NCBI RefSeq assembly: GCF_018645325.1
Contig: NZ_JABGOU010000019.1
Direction: 5' to 3' (one strand)
Length of the DNA stretch: 64,000 nucleotides
DNA from: Desulfobacula sp.
Lineage (GTDB): Bacteria > Desulfobacterota > Desulfobacteria > Desulfobacterales > Desulfobacteraceae
Each line of letters opens with the position of its first letter. The first letter of the stretch is position 1. A model generated the notes under the pieces. That model saw only the letters and a list, made by a program, of their open reading frames with translations. It did not search any database and was not told the DNA's origin. Of this stretch, positions 48,153-57,866 are shown piece after piece. The translations under genes and the position numbers were made by a program.

Positions 48153-48676
48153 TGAGTAAAAACCTAAATTGGTTTGCCCTTTTGACACGGAGCAACTTTG
48201 AGCAAACAGTGTACACTGCTATTGTTAATAAAAAAATTGAAGCATTTTTGCCTAAAATGAAGCGGAAAAGCAGTCGTAAAGATAGAAATCTCATGATAGA
48301 AACCCCTCTTTTTCCGGGATATCTTTTTGTGAAATCAAACTTTGAAGCTGCAAATCAGCTGCAAATTTTAAAAACGGTGGGTGCTGTCAGGCTATTGGGG
48401 AACCAATCCGGACCACTTTCCATACCTCCGGCCCAGATTGAGTCCTTGAAAATACTGACAAGTACCAGCATGGACCTTATCACAGGAGTAAATATCCGCT
48501 TAAAAAAAGGGGACCCTGTGATGATCATAAAAGGCCCCATGGCAGGGGCAAAAGGTGAATTTTCACGGCATAAAGGTCGAGGACGTGTTGTTATCAAAAT
48601 AGACGTTTTAGGACAATATGCAGGTGTTGAGGTTGATGGAAATAATGTTGAAAAACTCCCTGAGTTTTTATCATAA
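48152..48676 (+). CDS. NusG paralog, UpxY/LoaP/RfaH-type antiterminator
   Basis: WFALLTRSNFEQ, PLFPGYLFV, KOW motif GDPVMIIKGPMAG. Confidence 0.9.
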   Translation: MSKNLNWFALLTRSNFEQTVYTAIVNKKIEAFLPKMKRKSSRKDRNLMIETPLFPGYLFVKSNFEAANQLQILKTVGAVRLLGNQSGPLSIPPAQIESLKILTSTSMDLITGVNIRLKKGDPVMIIKGPMAGAKGEFSRHKGRGRVVIKIDVLGQYAGVEVDGNNVEKLPEFLS

Positions 48677-48680
48677 CCCC

Positions 48681-48709
48681 TTGACTTTTTATCAAATTTT
48701 AATTAGGGT
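48681..48709 (+). promoter_or_regulatory. Putative sigma70 promoter upstream of the IHF-like gene
   Basis: TTGACT-17 nt-TAGGGT. Confidence 0.45.
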
Positions 48710-48758
48710 CATATAAAAAAAATACTGAAATTCGATTATTTAATATAAAAGAGGCCGC

Positions 48759-49034
48759 ATGAATAAACTTGAATTGATTTCCACATTAAAAGAAAAAGCA
48801 AACCTGACAAAAAGTGAAGCGGCAGAGGTCATTAAAATATTTTTTGATTCGCTTTCCGATTCATTTGTAAAAGGAGAAAGGGTTGAAATAAGAGGTTTTT
48901 GCAGTTTCCATATCAAACGATACAAAAGCTACACAGGCCGAAACCCTAAAAGCAGCCAAAAAGTAATTATACCACCCAAACGTCTTCCATTTTTCAAATG
49001 CGGAAAAGAATTAAAGGAGCGGGTGGATTATTAA
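48759..49034 (+). CDS. ihfB: Integration host factor / HU family protein (IHF-beta-like)
   Basis: MNKLELI, GERVEIRGFCSF, GRNPKS, PFFKCGKELKERV. Confidence 0.85.
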   Translation: MNKLELISTLKEKANLTKSEAAEVIKIFFDSLSDSFVKGERVEIRGFCSFHIKRYKSYTGRNPKSSQKVIIPPKRLPFFKCGKELKERVDY

Positions 49035-49037
49035 CAA

Positions 49038-50090
49038 ATGGGTATTGATCAAACCATGTATGATTTTGATCAAATGCAATACCAAACCCGTGCCGTATCT
49101 GAATTAACAGGACTCATTCAGGCAAAAAAAATTCCAAACGCCATTCTTTTCATGGGAAATGAAAATATTGGAAAAAAAGAGGCAGCCTTTTTTTTTGCCA
49201 AAGGATGTAATTGTTCGAGCAAAGAACAATTTGTCTGCAATAATTGTAAGTCCTGCCGCAAGATAAATGCAAAAACTCACCCTGATATCCTTTGTATCCA
49301 TCTCAAGAAAGGTAAAAAAATAATTTCCATTTCCCAGATTCGTGAGATGGGATTGACCATTTCCTCTAAACCCAACGAAGCTAAATTCAGGATGGTTCTG
49401 ATTTCAAACGCCGAACTAATGAATGTCCAGGCACAGAATGCACTATTAAAAAGGCTTGAAGAACCTCCTGAAAAAACATTTTTCATTTTAATTGCCTCCA
49501 AAATTTCTTTTCTTTTGCCCACCATTATTTCAAGGTGTCGCATCATTAGATTTAAGCCATTGACAGACAAATTCATTGAACAATATCTGATCAACGAATT
49601 CAAAGCAGACAGACAAATGGCAATGATCGCATCAAAAACTGCTGATTCCGATCTGAAAAAGGCAATGATATATTTAGATTTAAGCACTGATAATGAAAGC
49701 CTCAATTGGATAAACAAAAGAAAATGGATACTGAATAGTCTTACAGATATTATTAAAACAGACACTTGCGACTGCATATCAAAAGGATTGATGCTGTCAC
49801 AAAAATTAAGTACTGAGCCTGGCCTTATAGATGATGCTATTGCCATAATGAAGACTTTTTTCCGGGATTTGATAATTTTTCCATTTCATCCAAAAAAAAT
49901 AGTTAACCTTGATTTTTCTGATTTTTTTGCTGATATTGGTCAGAGAATTGAAACAAAAAAAACGGATGAATGGATCAAAGAGCTTTTTGAAACTGAAAAA
50001 AGGATAAACTCAAACAGCACACTGAGATTAGCATTGGATAGCTTTTTCCTTAAAATTATTACTCACAAAGGAAACCTGATTTATGGTTAA
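49038..50090 (+). CDS. holB: DNA polymerase III subunit delta'
   Basis: AILFMGNENIGK, Zn motif CNNCKSC, HPDI, AQNALLKRLEEPP, LPTIISRC. Confidence 0.93.
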   Translation: MGIDQTMYDFDQMQYQTRAVSELTGLIQAKKIPNAILFMGNENIGKKEAAFFFAKGCNCSSKEQFVCNNCKSCRKINAKTHPDILCIHLKKGKKIISISQIREMGLTISSKPNEAKFRMVLISNAELMNVQAQNALLKRLEEPPEKTFFILIASKISFLLPTIISRCRIIRFKPLTDKFIEQYLINEFKADRQMAMIASKTADSDLKKAMIYLDLSTDNESLNWINKRKWILNSLTDIIKTDTCDCISKGLMLSQKLSTEPGLIDDAIAIMKTFFRDLIIFPFHPKKIVNLDFSDFFADIGQRIETKKTDEWIKELFETEKRINSNSTLRLALDSFFLKIITHKGNLIYG

Positions 50091-50892
50091 AATTGCTGGT
50101 GTGAAATTTAAAACAGCAGGTAAAATATATGATTTCAATAGCAGCGCTTTTGTGCTGAAGGAAGGCGACCCTGTTATAGTAGAAACAGAACAGGGTCTTG
50201 GCTTTGGTAGAATTGCCATCCCGCCTGTTGAAGTTGAGAATACAAAAAAAAAATTAAAACAGATTGTCCGTGTTGCCACTGAAGATGATTTTCTCAGAAG
50301 AGAAGAAATTAAAAAAACTGAAAAAAAAGCCTTTGAATTTTGCCTCGGATGCATTGATGATTTAGGTCTTCTCATGAACCTGTTCAGTGTTGAAAGTACG
50401 TTCGACCAAAAAAAATTGACCTTTTTTTATACTGCTGACGGCAGGATTGATTTCAGGGAGTTAATTAAACTTCTGGTAAAAAATTTTTCTATTCGAATTG
50501 AAATGCGCCAGGTGGGCATTCGTAACCTTTCTAAGCACTGCGGTGGTTTGGGCAAATGCGGAAGAGAGATTTGCTGTTCTTCTTTCATGCATACCTTTGA
50601 ACCGGTTTCCATAAAAATGGCAAAAGAGCAGGGATTGTCATTGAATCCTGCAAAAATATCCGGGGTTTGCGGCCGTTTAATGTGCTGCCTGACCTTTGAA
50701 AACGATACCTATAAACGTCTTAAATATGAAATGCCAAAGCTTGGAAAAAAAATCACCCTGGAAGAAGGAAAAGGAAAAATAGTCAGACAGAATGTATTAA
50801 AAGAGAGCGTGACTATTCGTTTAGAAGATAATACTGAAATAGAAAAAAAAATAAAACAACTGGACAACTCCATTACAGGAATAAAAAAATAA
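50083..50892 (+). CDS. ricT: PSP1-domain protein (YaaT/RicT)
   Basis: GVKFKTAGKIYDF, FYTADGRIDFRELIK, RIEMRQVG, CGREICCS, LNPAKISGVCGRLMCCL. Confidence 0.92.
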   Translation: MVKIAGVKFKTAGKIYDFNSSAFVLKEGDPVIVETEQGLGFGRIAIPPVEVENTKKKLKQIVRVATEDDFLRREEIKKTEKKAFEFCLGCIDDLGLLMNLFSVESTFDQKKLTFFYTADGRIDFRELIKLLVKNFSIRIEMRQVGIRNLSKHCGGLGKCGREICCSSFMHTFEPVSIKMAKEQGLSLNPAKISGVCGRLMCCLTFENDTYKRLKYEMPKLGKKITLEEGKGKIVRQNVLKESVTIRLEDNTEIEKKIKQLDNSITGIKK

Positions 50893-52820
50893 TGACGACA
50901 AAAAAACAATTTTTTACCACCCCCATATATTATGTTAATGCCAAGCCCCACCTGGGGCATGCATATACTTCCATTGCAACTGATGTTGCGACAAGATTCA
51001 AACAAATGGATAATCATGAAACTTTTTTTCTGACGGGAACAGATGAGCACGGGGACAAGATTGTTCAGGCAGCACAGGCCCAGGGAAATACACCTAAAGA
51101 GTATGCTGATCAAATCAGCACGCTTTTTCAAAACCTTCTGCCAAAATTAAATGTTAAAAACAATCATTTTATCAGAACAACTGATCCGGACCATATCAAT
51201 GTTGTTAAAAAGGTTCTTTCCAAAATTTATGATTCAGGGGATATTTATTTTTCAAATTATGAGGGACTTTATTGTTTTGGCTGCGAGAGGTTTTACCAGG
51301 AAAGGGAACTTACAGATGGTAAATGTCCGGACCATGGAAAAGCTCCCACTGTCATCAAAGAGTCTAATTATTTTTTCAAGATGAGCAAATATCAGGAATG
51401 GCTCATAAACCACATAAAAACTAATCCAGACTTTATTCGGCCTGCGCAGTACAAGAAAGAGCTGCTCTCCTTTTTAAAAGAACCTTTGGAAGATCTTTGC
51501 ATTTCACGTCCGAAATCCCGTCTGACCTGGGGAATAACCCTGCCGTTTGATGAAGATTATGTGACTTATGTATGGTTTGATGCTCTTGTAAATTATATTT
51601 CAGCTCTGGGGTATCCTGATGGTGAGTTGTTTAAAAAATTCTGGGCAGATACCCGGCATTTTGTTGCAAAAGATATTATAAAACCCCATGGAATTTACTG
51701 GCCCATTATGCTTAAAGCTGCAGGCATACCGATTTATAAGGGATTAAACGTTCATGGATTCTGGAACGTCAAAGGAAGCAAAATGTCAAAAAGTATCGGC
51801 AATGTTACAGATCCTGTAAAAGTAACCGATATTTATGGAATCGACTCGTTCAGATATTTTCTGATGAGGGAAATGGTCTTTGGCCTGGATGCAAATTTCA
51901 CCGAAGAAACCATAATATCAAGAATTAACGCTGACCTTGCCAATGATCTTGGGAACACTTTTTCACGGATACTTTCCATGAACCTGCGATATTTTGATGG
52001 TGAAGTTAAAGGTTATGACAGCAAAATTGAAAAAGACAAAGGACTGTCTTTGTCGTCTGATGCAAGCCTCGCTATTGATGAGTTTAAAAAGGCAATGGAA
52101 TTGTGCGAATTTCACAAAGGGATTGGAGCCATCTGGCAATTTATCAGCACCATGAATAAATATATAGATAAAAATAAACCCTGGACTCTGGCCAAGGATG
52201 AAGCAAATATTCGCGTTCTTGAAACTATTCTCTATAATCTTGTCGAGGGATTAAGGGTTGTTTCATGCCTGATCTACCCCATTATGCCCCAGACGTCTTT
52301 TAAAATGCAAAAAGCCCTTTCTATGGAAAAAGAAAATAAGGGGTTTTATACACTCGACGAAATATCTGCCTGGGGACAGGTTAAAAAAGGCACCCTGATT
52401 GCAAAGCCGGATAGTTTATTTCCCAGGATTGAAAAGGATAAAATCAAACCCAAAGAAACCGCCGGACAAACCAAAATGTTTAAACCGGCGTTAAAAGAGG
52501 AAATCACAATTGATGATTTTGCAAAAATTGATTTAAGAACCGGTACTGTAATAAGTGCTGAAAAGATTGAAAAATCAAATAAACTTTTAAAGCTCAAGGT
52601 AGATCTTGGTGCCCAAACAAGACAAATTATTGCCGGTATTGCAAAAAATTATAATCCAGACCAGATTATCGGCAAACAGGTCATTGTAGTTGCCAATTTA
52701 AAAGAAGCAACGCTTATGGGAGAAACATCCCAGGGAATGATCCTTGCAACTGATAATAAAAAAAAGCTGGTATTATCAGGTTTTGATAAAGAAATCCTAC
52801 CTGGAAATCCGGTAAAATGA
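50892..52820 (+). CDS. metG: Methionine--tRNA ligase
   Basis: YYVNAKPHLGH, TGTDEHG, YVWFDAL, KMSKS, C-terminal tRNA-binding OB domain. Confidence 0.98.
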   Translation: MTTKKQFFTTPIYYVNAKPHLGHAYTSIATDVATRFKQMDNHETFFLTGTDEHGDKIVQAAQAQGNTPKEYADQISTLFQNLLPKLNVKNNHFIRTTDPDHINVVKKVLSKIYDSGDIYFSNYEGLYCFGCERFYQERELTDGKCPDHGKAPTVIKESNYFFKMSKYQEWLINHIKTNPDFIRPAQYKKELLSFLKEPLEDLCISRPKSRLTWGITLPFDEDYVTYVWFDALVNYISALGYPDGELFKKFWADTRHFVAKDIIKPHGIYWPIMLKAAGIPIYKGLNVHGFWNVKGSKMSKSIGNVTDPVKVTDIYGIDSFRYFLMREMVFGLDANFTEETIISRINADLANDLGNTFSRILSMNLRYFDGEVKGYDSKIEKDKGLSLSSDASLAIDEFKKAMELCEFHKGIGAIWQFISTMNKYIDKNKPWTLAKDEANIRVLETILYNLVEGLRVVSCLIYPIMPQTSFKMQKALSMEKENKGFYTLDEISAWGQVKKGTLIAKPDSLFPRIEKDKIKPKETAGQTKMFKPALKEEITIDDFAKIDLRTGTVISAEKIEKSNKLLKLKVDLGAQTRQIIAGIAKNYNPDQIIGKQVIVVANLKEATLMGETSQGMILATDNKKKLVLSGFDKEILPGNPVK

Positions 52821-54148
52821 GCGAAAACTCATGGCGTAATTTTCAATCCGGCTATATTTTAGGTGAAAAAAAGAAATCTCTTTTTTGTAAATCCAAAAAA
52901 TCCATAATAGGAATGATAGTCTTTCTGATTTTAATTCCAGGCATTTTTTATTTTAAAATCAATACCCCGGAAAAAAAAGATATTCTTCCAAAGGCCATTA
53001 AGAAACAAGTTCAATTATCAAAAAACCAATTAAGCCAGATCATAAGCAATACAAAATTTAACAAAATTGATAAAAACATCTTTATTGAGGATACACCTGA
53101 AGGCAAGTATAAAATTACCACAAGCATTGATGTTTATCTTCAGCAATATTTACTATCCCTGATGGATCGTCTCAAGCCCCTTACCCGTGGGAAACCCCAG
53201 CGGATTGCACTGGTTGTCATGGAACCTGATACGGGGAAAATTATTGCCATGACAGGGTTTGATCTAAAAAACCCTGATACCAATCCCTGTATGGAATCAG
53301 ATTATCCTGCAGCAAGTATCTTTAAGATTGTAACGGCTGCGGCTGCGGTTGAAACCCTGGGCTACAAGCCTAATACGAAATTGTATTTCAACGGAAACAA
53401 GCACACCTTATATAAACGTCAGCTCAAGGATGTTAAGAATAAATACACCAGTAAAACAACATTTTCCAGGGCTTTTGCAGAATCAATAAACCCGATATTC
53501 GGAAAAATAGGCAAAAACTATCTTGGGAAAGAAAAATTAGACCACTATGCCGGGGCTTTTGGATTTAACCAGGTTATTCCTGCTGAATTTGCCTTTGAGT
53601 CAGGCACATTTAAATCCGACGGCAATGAATACCATCTGGCTGAACTTGGATGCGGGTTTAACACTGATACAACCATTTCGCCGATATTTGGGGCTATGCT
53701 TATCTCTGCAATTGTTAATTCCGGCAATATCATTTTGCCCAGTATTGTTGAACATGTAAATGGTTCTGATGGCCAAATCATTTACAAAAATAAAACAACG
53801 CCCTATAAAGAAGCCTTACAGCCCCAAACTGCAGCAATCATGATGAAGTTGATGGAAAGAACTATAACAAAAGGGACTGCTAAAAAATCATTCCGAGGAG
53901 TTAAAAGAGATAAAGTACTTTCAAAAATTTTGATTGGAGGAAAAACAGGATCACTGTATAACAAGGGCCATACTATAAAATATGACTGGTTTACAGGCTT
54001 TGGAAAAGAAAAAACAACGGATCGAAAAATTGTTTTATCCATTGTTGTCGGCCATGGAAAATATATCGGAACAAGGGCAAGTGCTTATGCAAAGATGATT
54101 TTAAAACAATATTTTAAAAAAACCTTGGATGCCACAGCTAAATTATAA
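52817..54148 (+). CDS. Penicillin-binding transpeptidase-domain protein
   Basis: One N-terminal TM; SxxK (ASIFK), SxN (ESIN), KTG (GKTGS). Confidence 0.88.
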   Translation: MSENSWRNFQSGYILGEKKKSLFCKSKKSIIGMIVFLILIPGIFYFKINTPEKKDILPKAIKKQVQLSKNQLSQIISNTKFNKIDKNIFIEDTPEGKYKITTSIDVYLQQYLLSLMDRLKPLTRGKPQRIALVVMEPDTGKIIAMTGFDLKNPDTNPCMESDYPAASIFKIVTAAAAVETLGYKPNTKLYFNGNKHTLYKRQLKDVKNKYTSKTTFSRAFAESINPIFGKIGKNYLGKEKLDHYAGAFGFNQVIPAEFAFESGTFKSDGNEYHLAELGCGFNTDTTISPIFGAMLISAIVNSGNIILPSIVEHVNGSDGQIIYKNKTTPYKEALQPQTAAIMMKLMERTITKGTAKKSFRGVKRDKVLSKILIGGKTGSLYNKGHTIKYDWFTGFGKEKTTDRKIVLSIVVGHGKYIGTRASAYAKMILKQYFKKTLDATAKL

Positions 54149-54156
54149 TCAAATAA

Positions 54157-57100
54157 ATGGGGTCAATAATGCTTTTAATAAAGCTGATTAAAAAATTATT
54201 TTCAATCAATGTTGAAATAGGCAAACAGATAAACCAGGTAAAAGAAAACTCCATACTATTCTTCCCAATCCAACCGAATACAGTTTCATGCGGCATTTCC
54301 GCATTTATAGCATTTAAAGGCAGCAATCCTTGCCAGTCCATTAATTTAATGCCAATTGAAAATATGGTGATTTCATTAAAGGCAAAAGGATTATTGGATA
54401 CGAAAAAGCCTGTTCAGGATAATTTTTTCGAAAGCCATGACCTTTTATGTGAATTGTTTGAAGCCTGCCGGGAATTGAAACAGGAAGCTGTTTTTTCTGA
54501 CCTCTTCTTTAATAAAAGCAAAATTAAAACCCTTTTATCCATTTCACAAACCATTGAGCAATTAATACTGGATCAGACTGCTGCATTTAATAAAAAATTT
54601 GCATTTCTTTCTTCTTCGGATATTGATGCCATTTCCTCGGACCTTGAAAACCTCCAGGATATTTCCTGGTGCCTTAAAAAGGAGATATTGAAAAATATCC
54701 ATGATATCGGCAACCTTTCCATGGGCTTGGAAAGGTCCCACAATAATGAGGGTTTAAAAATATTCAAAAGGATTAATGCAGTACTCAACAGTATTGACCG
54801 GCTTGAAGTCAGGGGAAGAGATTCTGCCGGAATTTCAATAATGTTTACATTGACCAAAAAGGAATTTGAAAAATTTTTGGAAAGTCTTTCAATAGACGGT
54901 CTTTCAGAACGGTTTAAAAAAAGGACAAATCATCTGGTATTATCCAACAATAGTATTACCATCAAAGATAGCTTTGCCGAAAACGGCAGCCACTTTGTAA
55001 CTATTTCATTTGCCTATAAATTTGCAGCAGAAATCGGTGCGCTTGGAGACAATGTATCCTTTATCCGAAGCCAGATCAAAAATGATTCCATGCTTCAACA
55101 CCTTTCAAATTATCACTTTGCTGCCAATTCCATATCAGCTCACACCCGTTGGGCTTCTGTTGGAGATATTACAATTGCCAACTGCCATCCCCAGGACAAC
55201 ACCCCGACGGACAGGGAACTTGGCAGCACTGGAATCATTCATGTCTGCCTGAATGGAGATATTGACAATTATCTTGAATTAAAGACAGAGTATGAGGCAA
55301 GATATGATCAAATTCATAAAGACATTAATACGGATACCAAACTGATTCCTCTCCAGATCGAGCATTACCTGAAACAAAATAATACCATTGAAGAGGCCTT
55401 CAGGTTAGCAGTCAATGACTTTGAAGGTTCACATGCCATCAGCATGCATTCAAATCTTGCACCAGGTAAATTATTTTTAGCCCAGAAGGGCAGCGGCCAG
55501 GCTATTTTCGTCGGAATTGCCAAAGACCACTATATTGCAGCATCAGAGCTCTATGGTATTGTGGAACAAACCCCTGTTTACATCAAGCTCAATGGTGAAG
55601 ACAAAGGACAGATTGTCATTCTGGATCAAAACTCATCAGGTGGAGTATCCGGAATTCACTCTTTTTGTTACGATAATACCCCAATTACAATACTGGACAG
55701 CCATGTATTGACAAGCCAGATAACATCAAGGGACATTGACCGGCAAAATTTCCCCCACTATTTTTTAAAAGAAATTTGTGAATCCCCGAATTCCGTTAAA
55801 AAAACCCTGGAAAATAAGATCAGATTTTTAAATGAGTCAAACCTGTTTACCACAAACCTTTCCAAAACAATGCTTCCAAAAACAATTGAAGGTGAGTTTA
55901 AAAATAAAAGGATAAAAAAAGTCTATTTTATTGGCCAGGGGACTGCAGGAATTGCAGCTCAGGGCTGTGCTGATCTGTTAAATTACTATCTGGGTGATAA
56001 AGATATTGACATCAGGGCATTAAAATCATCAGAACTCTCCGGATTCAATATTGTTGAAGGAAAAAACAAAAAAAAATCAATGACAAATATCCTTGTCGTG
56101 GCGATCAGCCAGTCCGGTACCACAACTGATACAAACAGGACCATTGACATGGTAAAAGCTTGTGGCGCAAAAACTCTGGCTATTGTGAACAGGAGAGATT
56201 CCGATCTGACCTTTAAAACGGATGGAGTATTATATACAAGCTCCGGGCGCGACATTGAGATGTCTGTGGCTTCGACAAAAGCCTTTTATTCACAGATTAC
56301 TGCCGGAGCCATTTTAGGCCTTCACATAGCCGGCATAACTCAATCAAGATCCAGTGAGTTTATAGCAGAACAGATCAATGAAATTATGAGTCTGCCGGAT
56401 AAAATGCAAACCATACTTGGGATGAAAGATCAAATCAAAGATTCTGCCTTCAGGCTTGCTGTCTCAAAAGATTATTGGGCAACGGTAGGATCAGGATCAA
56501 ACAAGACATCTGCCGATGAAATCAGGATCAAACTAAGTGAGCTTTGTTATAAAACCATTTCGTCTGATTTTATTGAAGACAAAAAACATATAGATCTTTC
56601 CAGCGAACCTTTGATCATCATCTGTGCTGCAGGAACAAGGGAAAGTGTATTGGGTGATATAATAAAGGACACAGCCATCTTCCATGCTCATAAGGCAACC
56701 CCTGTGGTTATCACCACCATTGGAGAAGACAGGTTTGATATATATGCCAGGGATGTATTTAAAATTCCTGAAACAAAAGAACATTTTGCACCTATACTGA
56801 ATACACTTGTCGGACATATCTGGGGATATTATGCCGCCCTTGCTATTAATGAGGGTTCAAAATTTATGTTTAAAGGAAGGAACGAAATAAAGGATCTTCT
56901 GGACGAATATAGCGGTATGGGGCATGATGTCTATGAAATTCTTCTGGAGAAACGATTCAGGGAAGCAATTGCGCAATTTTACAACATCTTTTCAAAAAAA
57001 CGGCGTCAGGGAGCCTTCCCGGCTGTTATGGGGCTTGATACCGTTGCTAATATCACCCTGTTGTTAAAATATCTGTCAGGCAGACTGCCGGTTTCTGATT

Positions 57101-57852
57101 TTGAAATTGATTTTGGAGTAAAAGGCACTCCTTCCAATATGATAAATGCTTTTTTTGATAATATTGGTCACGCCATAAACACCCTGGCAAGACCGGTTGA
57201 TGCCATAAAACACCAGGCCAAAACAGTTACTGTCGGCACCAGCAGAATCAGTGAAAAATTTGAGGGAATTATCTTTGATGCACTTGCTGCCAATAATATT
57301 CAATTGTCCCAGATTACCAATAAAAATGTTCTGGTGATCAAAAACCTCCAGGAAGTTATTTCCAAAGTCAAAGGTGCATTTCTATATCGTATTTCAGGCC
57401 TGAGCCTGCTAGGCGAGGTCACGGCTGAGACCAAAATAAAAATAGAAAATAAAACCGGGGCCTTAAAAGACGATACTTCAAGAGTGGAAACAGATCCCAG
57501 ACTAAAAGGAACTAAAAATATTATTGTAAGAGAAGGAAATGTCTATATTGGAAAAGGCAGGAAAGACAATAAAAATATTCTGGTAATCCCGGGTATTTCT
57601 TCAAACCCTGCCACCCCCAACATTATTGAATATATCCTGTCTTTAAATATAAGTTTTAATACTTCAAGTGAGGTCTCGCTATTAAAAAAGATCAAGGCTC
57701 TGGGCGGCAAATATAACAGGCTTAAAGACTGGATACTGGAAAGTGATAATATCCTGTGGGATGATAAATATCTAAATCTCATTGAAGTTGAAACCCTGTT
57801 TGGGGATACTGCTGAAAAAGTAGTTGAAAAAATAATAGAAAAAATTAAATAG
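54157..57852 (+). CDS. Expanded GlmS-like glutamine amidotransferase/SIS protein (1231 aa)
   Basis: CGI (aa 45), LEVRGRDSAG, HTRWA, LNGDIDN, HYFLKEI, ISQSGTTTDT, VASTKAF, KKHID, AKTVTV (aa ~1021), with large inserts and a C-terminal extension. Confidence 0.88.
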   Translation: MGSIMLLIKLIKKLFSINVEIGKQINQVKENSILFFPIQPNTVSCGISAFIAFKGSNPCQSINLMPIENMVISLKAKGLLDTKKPVQDNFFESHDLLCELFEACRELKQEAVFSDLFFNKSKIKTLLSISQTIEQLILDQTAAFNKKFAFLSSSDIDAISSDLENLQDISWCLKKEILKNIHDIGNLSMGLERSHNNEGLKIFKRINAVLNSIDRLEVRGRDSAGISIMFTLTKKEFEKFLESLSIDGLSERFKKRTNHLVLSNNSITIKDSFAENGSHFVTISFAYKFAAEIGALGDNVSFIRSQIKNDSMLQHLSNYHFAANSISAHTRWASVGDITIANCHPQDNTPTDRELGSTGIIHVCLNGDIDNYLELKTEYEARYDQIHKDINTDTKLIPLQIEHYLKQNNTIEEAFRLAVNDFEGSHAISMHSNLAPGKLFLAQKGSGQAIFVGIAKDHYIAASELYGIVEQTPVYIKLNGEDKGQIVILDQNSSGGVSGIHSFCYDNTPITILDSHVLTSQITSRDIDRQNFPHYFLKEICESPNSVKKTLENKIRFLNESNLFTTNLSKTMLPKTIEGEFKNKRIKKVYFIGQGTAGIAAQGCADLLNYYLGDKDIDIRALKSSELSGFNIVEGKNKKKSMTNILVVAISQSGTTTDTNRTIDMVKACGAKTLAIVNRRDSDLTFKTDGVLYTSSGRDIEMSVASTKAFYSQITAGAILGLHIAGITQSRSSEFIAEQINEIMSLPDKMQTILGMKDQIKDSAFRLAVSKDYWATVGSGSNKTSADEIRIKLSELCYKTISSDFIEDKKHIDLSSEPLIIICAAGTRESVLGDIIKDTAIFHAHKATPVVITTIGEDRFDIYARDVFKIPETKEHFAPILNTLVGHIWGYYAALAINEGSKFMFKGRNEIKDLLDEYSGMGHDVYEILLEKRFREAIAQFYNIFSKKRRQGAFPAVMGLDTVANITLLLKYLSGRLPVSDFEIDFGVKGTPSNMINAFFDNIGHAINTLARPVDAIKHQAKTVTVGTSRISEKFEGIIFDALAANNIQLSQITNKNVLVIKNLQEVISKVKGAFLYRISGLSLLGEVTAETKIKIENKTGALKDDTSRVETDPRLKGTKNIIVREGNVYIGKGRKDNKNILVIPGISSNPATPNIIEYILSLNISFNTSSEVSLLKKIKALGGKYNRLKDWILESDNILWDDKYLNLIEVETLFGDTAEKVVEKIIEKIK

Positions 57853-57866
57853 AAAAAGATCGCTGA

